From assembly GCF_963921235.1 (NCBI RefSeq), contig NC_086097.1, positions 207,082,001 to 207,146,000 on the forward strand: a DNA stretch of 64,000 bases, in the 5' to 3' direction. Of this stretch, positions 48,801 through 60,445 are shown piece after piece. The first letter of the stretch is position 1. Every line of letters begins with the position of its first letter. The stretch comes from Mobula hypostoma. Taxonomy: Eukaryota. A program made the translations under genes and the position numbers. The notes below the pieces were generated by a model, which was given only the letters and a program-made list of their open reading frames with translations, was not told the origin of the DNA and did not search any database.

Positions 48801-50690
48801 CTCAGCTTGAAAAACTTGGATGACTTGCCTCCACGTCTGCGAAGATTCAGAACGTGGCTTATGTGATTCAGTTATGACGTTGAACATGTCCCCTGCAACA
48901 CCAGACACTCTGTGGAGGATGCCATGCAAAAGTGAATAGACCTAAGCTGACTCTGTTGTCATAGAAGATAACAACATCTATTTAGCTCAGGTACATCAAA
49001 GCTTTCCTGCATTACAGAGTAAAGCAGATGAAAGAGGAGAGTTGAAAAAGGACCAAATCCGTAGCAAGGTCATGCAATTCTGAGAGCATGGATGACCAAA
49101 TGGTCCAAAAGGAGTGTGCAAACTCAGACCTTACTGGCTTGAAAGAGACACACTCACCATTCTTGACAGTTTGTTGTTAAAGGGTTCCAGATTCATCATT
49201 CTGGCTTCTATGCACACCAAAATCATCAGTCAAATCCACCAAGGACATCAAGGCATCCAAAAATGTCACTTAAGAGCAAGGCGATCCATGTTATGGCCTG
49301 GTTTGAGCACACAGCTAGGAGATTATGTAAAACAATGAAGTATGCAGAATACTGCATAAAGTTATGATGAACCTCTCTATCCCACAGAATTCCCAGACGT
49401 TCCATAGCAAATTTCAGCCACACACACTTTTGCACTGAAAACAGACAAATGTCTTCTCATTGTGGATTGCTGCTCATGGAATGTTGAGGTGTCGAAGCTG
49501 CCCTCTACATCTACAGTAGCAGTTATACAGCAGCTGAAAGTTGTAACACTTGCCATGCAAAACCAGAGACGCTTGATTCAGGCAATGGTCTACAGTTCAG
49601 CTGCTCAGAATTCAAAGTCTTTGCTAGGGGTTATGAGTTCATACATCAGACAAGCAGTCCACAGAATCCACAGGTGAATGGAGAAATGGAAAGAACAGTA
49701 CAAACTATTAAGTCTCCTACTGAAGAAAAAGACCCTGACAAAGCACTGCTGGCATATCACTCCACACCTTTTGTGAATGGCTACAATCCATCAGAGCTAT
49801 CAATGGCGACTGAGAGCAAACCCTGCCCATTCTTCCTTCCCTTATCCAACCCTACTCACCAGATTTAGACAAAGTGAGAAATTTTGAAACAACACGAGGA
49901 AATGAAGAGCATGCATGATCTCAGACACAGAGCAAAATCTTTGTTGTCACTCAGGAGTGGTGAAGCAGTTTGGGTTTCATGAAATAATATAGAGAAAGAA
50001 ATAGAGTGGCTTGATTCATATGGTGAGACCCACTTATCTGAAGTGGACTTCCTGTTCAAGAATCTCCAACTGCTCCAACACTCCAGGAATATATACCACG
50101 TCTAGTCATTTATCTGTCTCACCACAGAGATATATTCCATCGCCTAGTAGCTTAGGGCAAGTAACTAAAGAGGCAGAATAATCCACTCACTTTGCTGAAG
50201 TGTTCAGGTAGTCCACCCTGACCTCCATTTAGTGCTTTTTAAAGAACAGTTTTAATGTTGGAAGCATTTCAGAGAATTCGACTATTCTTAACAAAAAGGG
50301 ATTGGTGAAAAAGGGAGGAAAATGAAGAGAGTGAGAGATCGTTATAAACAAAGAGAAAGACAGTTATAATGTTGGTAATTTTTTTACATTTATGTAAGGA
50401 GCATAAGTTATGTGCTATAGGTAAAGTGAACTGAATCACTCAATTTCAGTGACTATGATTTCAATCTAGTTCCATAGACAGGAAGTACATACCTAGTTTT
50501 TTTCTTTCATGTTCAAGAAGGGGAGATGTATTGATAGTTAATATGTTATTCCAATGCAACTCAGTTAGCCACTCCCACATGGGAGGAGTTCATACATTGC
50601 ACAGCAGTGTTATCAATAAAGATCAGTTGAATACCCTGCATGCTGGCATTTTTGTGTGCTTTGCACTCTCCCTCAATATTGAGTGCAACA
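45851..50690 (+). mobile_element. Old full-length Gypsy LTR retrotransposon
   Basis: Short diverged LTRs 45851-45999 and 50527-50690; PBS tgatgtcagaagtgg (tRNA-Leu-like); PPT aagaagggggaga; gag YERAKF..RKQ..LIRDRI, PR FKMDNRADIT, RT FGISSAPE/HMDDIL, RH ADACSFGLG, IN IHQGHQG. Confidence 0.92.
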
Positions 50691-51225
50691 CTCTTCGGCA
50701 TTTCTGAAGACTAATATTCTCCAGAGGCTCTTCAACGTTCCCCTGTTCCATTTTAAATTCTTTTGGAGACATACTTCTATTTTCTTCTGAAGAATTATTC
50801 ATTCTATATTCTAATTCTATTTAAGGCATCATGTTCCCAGTAAATAGTTGGATGCATTATCAATATTAAATTCTATTTACTATCACCTTGTTTATTGAAA
50901 AGCACACCAATTATTAGTGGTCAGCTATTGGTCAGTTGCTTCCTTTTATTCACATTGGCATGTTTTAAGTGAGCATTAAACATTTGATAGTGATTTGCAC
51001 AGAACAAATACTGATCCATATTGTATAGGTAAAGTAGCCTTTCGTTACACTTGACAGCAATTTTTTTCCATGTGTTGCTTCCTCAGAATTATTTTGTGAT
51101 TGTGATAGAATGCTTGAAGCTGAACACAAATATAATTTGTCTTAGAGATTTAAGCGTATACTCACCACAAGTATAACAGAAAGTATTGCAACTGTTGCAA
51201 CATTGGTCTGACATCAGCAGTAGAT

Positions 51226-51690
51226 AAGGGACTGGATATATAAGTATTTAGATAGATATGCACTGATTAAGGATAGTTAGCATGGCTTTGTGCATAGTAG
51301 GTCATGTCTAACCAATCTTATAGAGTTTTTCAAGGAAGTTACCAGGAAAGTGGATGAAGGCAAGGCGGTGGATATTGTCTACATGGACCTTAGTAAGGCA
51401 TTTGACAAGGTCCTACATGGGAAGCTGGTCGAGGGGGTTCAGTCAGACAACATTCAGGATGAGGTAGTAGAGTGGATTAGACATTGGCTTCATCGCCTAC
51501 CTATAAGAAAGATGTAAATAAGATTGAAAAAGTAGAGAGAAAATTTACAAGAATGTTGCTGGGTCTGGAGGACCTGAGTTATGAGGAAAGACTGAATAGG
51601 TTTGAACTTTATTCCTTAGAATGTAGAAGGTCGAGAGGAGGTTTGATAGAGGCATACAAAATTATGAGAGTATTTAAAGGATAAATGCAT
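51226..51690 (+). mobile_element. CR1 RT fragments
   Basis: SCLTNLIEFF..YMDLSKAFDKV; ERKFTRML. Confidence 0.85.
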
Positions 51691-54048
51691 ATGTACTACA
51701 CACATAGCATATTATGTTTACTTATTATAATAAAGTAATTGTATTTTTAGTAGTAGTTCTGACAGCAAAATGTCGGAGTCATAGAGACATAGAGAAATAC
51801 AGCAGAGAAACAAGACCTTCAGCACATTTAGACAATGCTAAAACTATTTCAACTGGTTACTCCAAACAGCCTGCACCTAGACTATTGCCTTCCATTCCAT
51901 TCCCATACTATCCATGTACCAATCCAAACTTCTCTTAAGTGTTGAAATCAAGCTCACACGCACCATTTATGCTGGTAGCTCAGTCCACACTCTCATGACC
52001 CTATGAGTGAAGAAGTTTCCCCGCATGATCCCCTTAAACTTCTCACCTTTCACCTTAACCGATGACCTCTGGTTGTAGTCCCACTGAACCTCAGTGGCAA
52101 AAGACTGCTTGCATTTACTCTATGTATACCTCTCAGATTTTGCATACCTGATTCAAATCTCCTTTCAATCTTTTACAATCTAAAAAATATAGTCCTAACC
52201 TATTCAATCTGTCCTTATAATTCAGGTCCTTCGGATCTGGAAACAGCCTTGTAAATTTTCTCTGTATTCTTTCAACCTTGTTTACATCTTTGCTGACCAA
52301 AACTGCACACAATACCCCAAATTATGCCTTACCCCAAATTATGTCTTAAGCAACTTCAACATAATATCCCATCTCCAAAACTCAAAATATTGATATATGA
52401 AGCCAATGTGGCAAAGCTTTCTTTCCGACCATACCTACCTGTGAGGCCACTTTCAACAAGGTATGGACTTGCATTCCCAGATCCCCCTATTCTACCACAC
52501 TCTTCAGCACCCTATTGTTCACTGCATAAGACCTACCGAGACTGGTCCTCCTGAAGGGCAACAACTTGCACTTACCTGCATTAAATTCTATCTGCCATTT
52601 TTCCAGTTGATGCAGATCCCTCTGCAAGCCATGATAGCTTTCCTCGTTGTTCACTACACCCCCAATCTTGATGTCACCTGAAAATTTTCTGATCCAGTTA
52701 ACCACATTATCATCCAGATCGTTGATATACATAACAAATAACAATGAACCCAGCACCGATCCCTGGGACCTATCCCTGGTATAAGACCCTAAAGGGATTG
52801 GACAGGCTAGATGCAGGAAGATTGTTCCCGATGTTGGGGAAGTCCAGAACGAGGGGTCACAGTTTGAGGATAGAGGGGAAGCCTTTTAGGACCGAGATTA
52901 GGAAAAACTTCTTCACACAGAGAGTGGTGAATCTGTGGAATTCTCTGCCACAGGAAACAGTTGAGGCCAGTTCATTGGCTATGTTTAAGAGGGAGTTAGA
53001 TATGGCCCTTGTGGCTACGGGGGTCAGGGGGTATGGAGGGAAGGCTGGGGCGGGGTTCTGAGTTGGATGATCAGCCATGATCATAATAAATGGCGGTGCA
53101 GGCTCGAAGGGCCGAATGGCCTACTCCTGCACCTATTTTCTATGTTTCTATGTTTCTATGACTCACCACTAGTGACTGGCCTCCAGTCAGAGAGGCAACA
53201 CTCTACTACTTGCTTCTCCCGCAGAGCCAATCCAATTTACTACCTCTTCTTGAATGCTGAGCAACGCAATGTTCTTGACCAACTTCCCCTGCTGGGCCTT
53301 GTCAAATGCTTTGCTAAACTCCATGTAGACAACATCCACTGCTTGCCTTCATCCACTTTCCTGGTACCTTCCTCAAAAAAACTATAAGACTGCTTAGACC
53401 TGACATACCATGCACAAAGTAATGCTGACTATCTTTAATCAGTCCATGTCTATCCAAATACTTATGTATCTAGTCACTTAAAATACCTTTCAATACCTTT
53501 CCCACAACTAATGTCAGACTCACTGGCCTATAATTTCCTGGTTTATGTTTAGAGTCTTTCTCAAATTGCAGAACAACTTTAGCTACCTCTAATCCTCTGG
53601 TAACTCTCCCATGGCTAAGGATTTAAATATCTCTGCGAGGGCCACAGCAATTTCTACACTTGCCTCCCTTGGGGTCCAAGGGAACACCTTGTCAGGCCCT
53701 GGGGAGTTTTTCACACTGATTTGCCGAGGATAGCAAATACCTCCTTCTTGGTAATCTGTATTGGGTTCATGAAGTTGATGCCACTTTGCCTCACTTCTAT
53801 AGACTCTGTTCTCCTAAGAACTGTATATGCAGATGCAAAAAACGTATTTAAGATCTCCCCATATGGTTTGGAAGCACACACCAATTACCATTCTGATCTT
53901 CCAGAGGGCTAATTTTGTTTTGGCCATAACATATCTGTAGAATCCCTCCATCACATTGTCTGCAACTTCATGCCTACTTTTAGCCCTCCTGATTTCTTTC
54001 TTAAGCATACATTGATTTTTATACTCCATAAGCACCTCATTTGTTCCT

Positions 54049-55091
54049 CCATCCTCCCACCACCCCACTAGGAATAGGGTTCCCCTGGTCCTCACCTACC
54101 ACCCCACCAGCCTCCGGGTCCAACATATTATTCTCCGTAACTTCCGCCACCTCCAACGGGATCCCACCACTAAGCATATCTTTCCCTCCCCGCCTCTCTC
54201 TGCATTCCGCAGGGATCGCTCCCTACACAACTCCCTTGTCCATTCGTCCCCCCCATCCCTCCCCACTGATCTCCCTCCTGGCACTTATCCGTGTAAGCGG
54301 AACAAGTGCTACACATGCCCTTACACTTCCTCCCTTACCACCATTCAGGGCCCCAAACAGTCCTTCCAGGTGAGGCATCACTTCACCTGTGAGTCGACTG
54401 GGGTGATATACTGCGTCCGGTGCTCCCGATGTGGCCTTTTATATATTGGTGAGACCCGACGCAGACTGGGAGACCGCTTTGCTGAACATCTAAGCTCTGT
54501 CCGCCAGAGAAAGCAGGATCTCCCAGTGGCCACACATTTTAATTCCACATCCCATTCCCATTCTGACATGTCTATCCACGGCCTCCTCTACTGTAAAGAT
54601 GAAGCCACACTCAGGTTGGAGGAACAACACCTTATATTCCGTCTGGGTAGCCTCCAACCTGATGGCATGAACATTGACTTCTCTAACTTCCGCTAGGCCC
54701 CACCTCCCCCTCGTACCCCATCTGTTACTCTTTTTAATGCACACATTCTTTCTCTCACTCTCCTTTTTCTCCCTCTGTCCCTCTGAATATACCTCTTGCC
54801 CATCCTCTGGGTCACCCCCCCCCCCGTCTTTCTTCCCGGACCTCCTGTCCCATGATCCTCTCGTATCCCCTTCTGCCTATCACCTGTCTAGCTCTCGGCT
54901 CCATCCCTCCCCCTCCTGTCTTCTCCTATCATTTTGCATCTCCCCCTCCCCCTCCAGCTTCCAATCCCTTACTCACTCTTCCTTCAGTTAGTCCTGACGA
55001 AGGGTCTCGGCCTGAAACGTCGACTGCGCCTCTTCCTATAGATGCTGCCTGGCCTGCTGCGTTCACCAGCAACTTTGATGTATGTTGCTTG
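54049..55091 (+). mobile_element. Young 5'-truncated Penelope element with intact GIY-YIG endonuclease frame (54049-54696)
   Basis: Open frame RVPLVLTYHP...CKRNKCYTC...GVIYCVRCSRCGLLYIGETRRRLGDRFAEH...GMN*; 12-bp TSD tcatttgttcct. Confidence 0.95.
54990..55025 (+). ncRNA. Minimal type I hammerhead ribozyme in Penelope pseudo-LTR
   Basis: AGUC-CUGACGA-AGG(gucucgg)CCU-GAAAC-GUC-GACU: stem I AGUC/GACU, conserved core, loopless palindromic stem III. Confidence 0.85.
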
Positions 55092-56459
55092 TCATTTGTT
55101 CCTACCTGCTTTAACCTGCCATGCATTCCCCTTTTTCTCTAATCAGGGCCTCAATATCTCTTCAAAACCAAGGTTCCATACACTTGTTATCTCCGCCTTT
55201 AATTTTGACAGACACATACAAGCTTTGTATTCCCAAAGTTTCGATTTTGAAGGCCTCCCACTTACCAAGTAGTCCTTTGCCAGAAAACAGCCAGTCCCAA
55301 TCCACACTTGCCAGGTCATTTCTGATACCATCAAAATTGGCCTTTCTCCAGCTTAGGAGCTCAACCTGCAAATCAGACCTATCTTTTTGCATATTTACTT
55401 TAAAACAAATGCTATTGTGATAACTATATGCAAAGTGTTCCCCTAATCAAGCTCTGTCACGTGCCCTATCTCATTTTCTCCTAGAAGATCCAGTATTGCA
55501 CATTCTCTCATTCAGACTTCAACTTATTGATGAAGAAAACTTTCCTGAACACATTTGACAAACATTACCCCATCTAGTCCTCCTACAATATGGGAGTCCC
55601 AGTTAATATGTGGACATTTAAAATCACTTACCATAACAACCTTATGTTTCTTGCAACAGTCTGCAATCTCTCTACAAATGTGTTCCTCTAAACCCTTAGG
55701 ACTGTTGGGTGGTCTGTAATATAGCCCCATCAATGTGGCCATACCTATCTTATTTCTCAGTTCCAACCATTACGTCTCACTAGATGAGTTCTCCAGTCTG
55801 TCCTGATGAAGCACTGCCATCACATCTTCCCTCAACAGTAATGCCATCACTCCTCTTTTAATCCCTCCCACTTTGTCATGTCTAAAACAACAGACCCTCT
55901 GAACGTTGAAAAACAAGAGAAAATCTGCAGATGCTGGAAAAATCCAAGCAACACACACAAAATGCTGGAGGAACTCAACAGGTCAAGCAGCATCTATGGA
56001 AACAAGTAAACAATTGATGTTTCAGGTCGAGACCCTTCATCAGAACTGGAGAAGAAAATATGAGGTCAGGGTAAGAAGGTGGGGAGGGGGAGCAGAGGAA
56101 GAAATACTCCCAATTTCAACAGTCACTTTGTACTTCTTCCTCCAGTCCCCCTACCTTCTTAATCTGAATTCTCATATCTTTTTCTCCAGTCCTGATGAAG
56201 GGTCTTGGCCTGAAACATTGGCTGTTTACTCTTTTCCATTGATGCAGCCTGGCCTGCTAAGTTCCTCCATTATTTTGTGTGTGGTCCCTCAATATTGAGC
56301 TGCCAATCCTGCCCCTCCTGCAACCAAGTCACACTAATGGCCACAATATCATAATCCCAAGTGCTGATTCATGCACTGAGCTCAGCTGCCTTTCCTATGA
56401 TATGTCTTACATTGAAATATGAAATAATAAAGTATTCTTGCATCAACGTGATCACAAAC

Positions 56460-56573
56460 CGATATACATGCAAGTGCAATGCATAGAACGGTGTGTGCGT
56501 GAGGCTTTTGTAGACTTTCTACAACTTGTCCTGCCGTGCAGCCTCCGCTCTGCCTAAGCATTCCCAGGCATAC
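56460..56573 (-). CDS. Candidate host coding exon (114 nt; VCLGMLRQSGGCTAGQVVESLQKPHAHTVLCIALACIS), gene unidentified
   Basis: Branch/polypyrimidine gctgaacagttttctatcttgtccag, one open frame, locally GC/CpG-rich in unique AT-rich DNA; donor G|gtttgt is weak. Confidence 0.45.
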
Positions 56574-57717
56574 CTGGACAAGATAGAAAACTGTTCAGCT
56601 TACATTGTGGGCAGCATTTTAATTAAATTGAACTATGAATTTAAACAACAAATATAGGCAATTTGAAAACAAAATAGTGTGTGAAAGGGAAATTTCATGG
56701 TGATTTTCATGATCAGCAGCCCAAAAATTCATAAGATACACCCAAAAGTATTCAGGAAACAAAACCTTTGCTGTCCAATGTTATTAGTTCAATCTTTTAG
56801 GCTCTCTGGAATGATTGAGAAATATGCTTCTCCATATATTTTAAAGTACTTTGATAATGTGAACGGTACTTGTCACAGTAATGACCTCATGACTTATCTA
56901 TTTTTAGTCATCTGGAAAGAGACTATTTTTGCCGACTGATATACAGAATCTTCAAAGCTGCCTTTTCCATACAACACTTGCTGGCTTTAACTTCCTGGAA
57001 AATTTTGAAGTACAGGTGTAATCTCCCCTTATTTTTCCATTCTACAGTCCTTGTGCTTCATATTAGTATTAGCTTTCTCACCAAGTATGCACCTTTATTA
57101 TTTTATGACAAACACCATTACTGATATCATTACTCTGTCTTATTTCTTTGCAGAAATATTTTGCTCATGGAACATTCAAATATTAAAACCACGAGACAAG
57201 GCATGTTTTCTTCTCATGACACTTCAAAGCCATTCTGTTTGTTTTTAATAGTTAGTGATTTCAAATGCAAGAATGCTTGATTATTAACCGTTAACTTTCC
57301 ACAAGTTCTAACATACATCTTCCATGCCACTGTCCAATCATTAACAAATATTAGGAAATAATGGAAGCTTTGCCTGCCCAACACCAATTTGATGCAAAAA
57401 TTATTTATTCTTTTAATACAATGAAAAGCAATCAGTTGCTACATACATGTGTAACTCAGACTTAAACATCCAACATACAGTGAGGAATGAATAAATAACT
57501 TGAGATAGTGTCAGACAGAATCAGAGTGAATTAAAACAGAGCTGATGAGAACAGGTTTACCTCAGTTTTCAAAGAAAACAGCTATGCTGTAAGTAACAAC
57601 ATATTGACTTTTTTTCAACGTTAAGGCTGCAAAATTTGGCTCTACCTATACTTCGGATGCACGGGGTACTAAATTGGTTTCAAAAGAGTAACCAATGACC
57701 TTGCACTTTTTTGACAG

Positions 57718-58586
57718 TGTGACGAGAATACACATAAAATTAAGATGTTTGCTGGCCTAGGTTAGCATCAGTGACATCAGCAAGTGGTCTGCCACCTGCC
57801 CTCAGGGGAAGGAGAGATAAGGGACAATGGAGCAGCATCTGGAGATGTGTAATGAAGGGACGGGGGAGAGAGAGAGCTGTCTGGAGCGGCTCCCCCCCTT
57901 TGAACCTTGAACTGTTTGAAGTGCCATCACAGGCGATGCCCCAGCAGGGGGATAAAAAGGGACAGGTTCGCTAAGGCAGGACACACACACGACACCCGAG
58001 GTAACGAGACCCTGGAAGCGGTACGCCTCTCACGAGTCCGTGAGAAGTACCAGACAACGGCCAGGGTGGAAAGGTACGATCAGCAGGAACCCGGTGTGTG
58101 TCCGCCCTTGCCTGGGTGCCGGGTTCACTGCAGAGGATCGACCGCATCTGGAGGAGGGGTCACAGTCGGTGACCTCAGGTGACATCACCAAGGACCCGCC
58201 CAAAAGCTGCTTGTTAGCCATATCGCCGGTCTGTGAGTGAAGCCGTGTCTGAATGATCAGTTGTTCCTGTTCACTCTCTCTCTCCCCCCACGTTGTCCAT
58301 CGCCATGGCAACGATTACTGCGAACTGAACTACTAAACTGGACTGAACTTTGAGTCACTTTGAAATTTGGTCATTTACCCCTAGACAACGATAGAGCTTG
58401 ATTGATGCTGTTGTCTTAATTCTGTGCACATGTGTGGTTATCATTGCTGAACTGTTGCATTTATTATCCTTTCGATTACTGTGTTGCTTGTTTCTTTAAT
58501 AAAACTTTCTTAGTTCTAGTAATCCAGACTCCAACTGAGTGATCCATTTCTGCTGGCTTGGCAACCCAGTTACGGGGTACGTAACA
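57718..58586 (+). mobile_element. Solo LTR of the Gmr1-like Gypsy family
   Basis: TGT...ACA, flanks acag/gcag, no PBS after it; closely similar to 60446-61275. Confidence 0.92.
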
Positions 58587-59489
58587 GCAGAATCACATGA
58601 GATGCTGTATTGGTGAAAGTATAAGCTTGTGCATAAGTAACACACAGCAAATATTTGTGTAGAGGAGGCATTACTCTCAATCTGCATACAGATGAAGCAT
58701 TTCTGGATCTGGATAATAGGGAGAGGTTGAGTAGGTTAGGACATTATTCCCTGAGGTGTTAGAGCATGAGGAGAGCTTTGATAGAGGAGTTACAAAATTA
58801 CAAGGGTATCACAGTGATCAGCAGCTTATCTGTTGCTCCGGCTGCAGTCTCTTGGGTTTCCATAATAGGCCTGTTGAGAAAAATGTGAAAAAGGACTGAA
58901 TTATTGAACAGACATTTACACCTTGATTAACAACTCACACAAAATGCTGAAGGAATTCATCAGGCCAGGCAGCATCTATGGAAAAGAGTACACCGCCAAC
59001 ATTTTGGGCTGAGACCCTACCGTTCACTATGTAAGACCTACCCTGGTGGGACCTACCAAAGTGGCAACACTTCATACTTGTCTGTATTAGGGTCAGCCTA
59101 TTTTTCCAGCTGCTTCAGATTCAGGTGGAAGATCCGATAGTCTTCCTCGCTGTCTACTACACTTGGATTGTGGTGTCATCTTCAACTTTGCTGATCAAAT
59201 TAACCACGTTATCATCCAGGTCATTGATATAGATGACAAACAACAATGCACCCAGCGCCGATCCCTGTGTCACACCACTAGTCATAGGCTCCAGTCAGAG
59301 AGGCAACCATCTACTACCATTCTCTGGCTATCCCACGAAGACAATGTCTAATCCAATGTACTAAATGAAAGCAACTGAACTCTCCTGACTAACCTCCGAT
59401 ACAAGACCTTGTCAAATGCCTTGCTAAAGTCCATGTAGACAACATCTACTGCTTTGCCTTTATCAACTTTCCTAGTAACTTCCTTGAAT

Positions 59490-60445
59490 TAGGAGGCAGT
59501 GATCATAACATGATTGAGTTCACTGTGAAATTTGAAAAAGAGAAGCCGAAATCTGATGTGTCGGTGTTTCAGTGGAGTAAAGGAAATTACAGTGGCATGA
59601 GAGAGGAACTGGCCAAAGTTGACTGGAAAGAGACACTGGCAGGAAAGACGGCAGAGCAGCAGTGGCTGGAGTTTATGCGAGAAATGAGGAATGTGCAAGA
59701 CAGGTATATTCCAAAAAAGAAGAAATTTTCGAGTGGAAAAAGGATGCAACCGTGGTTGACAAGAGAAGTCAAAGCCAAAGTTAAAGCAAAGGAGAGGGCA
59801 TACAAGGAAGCAAAAATTAGTGGGAAGACAGAGGATTGGGAAGTTTTTAAAACCTTACAAAAGGAAACCAAGAAGGTCATTAAGAGAGAAAAGATTAACT
59901 ATGAAAGGAAACTAGCAAATAATATCAGAGAGGATACTAAAAGCTTTTTCAAGTATATAAAGAGTAAAAGACAGGTGAGAGTAGATATAGGACCGATAGA
60001 AAATGATACTGGAAAAATTGTAATGGGAGATGAGGAGATGGCAGAGGAACTGAACAAGTATTTTGCATCAGTCTTCACTGAGGAAGACAGCAGGATACCA
60101 GACACTCAAGGGTGGCAGGGAAGAGAAGTGTGCACAGTCACAATTACGACAGAGAAAGTACTCAGGAAGCTGAATAGGCTAAAGGTCGATAAATCTCCTG
60201 GACTAGATGGAATGCACCCTTGTGTTCTGAAGGAAGTAGCTGTGGAGATTGCGGAGGCATTAGCGATGATCTTTCAAAAGTCGATAGATTCTGGCATGGT
60301 TCCGGAAGACTGGAAGATTGCAAATGTCACTCCGCTATTTAAGAAGGGGGCAAGGAAGCAAAAAGGAAATTATAGACCTGTTAGCTTGACGTCGGTGGTT
60401 GGGAAGCTGTTGGAGTCGATTGTCAAGGATGAGGTTACAGAGTAC
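59490..60445 (+). mobile_element. Young CR1 ORF2 segment (open frame) interrupted by the Gypsy insertion
   Basis: ORF 59510-60475: SDHNMIEF, PWLT, DKSPGLDGMHP, PEDWKIANVTPLFKKG, NYRPVSLTS. Confidence 0.92.

Larger units (their letters stand above)
51780..56412 (-). mobile_element. Degraded CR1 ORF2 with nested young CR1 3' end (52785-53160) and Penelope pieces
   Basis: GLYYRPPNS, WRKANFDGIR, LLFVMYINDLD; nested insertions flanked by CR1 continuity. Confidence 0.85.
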
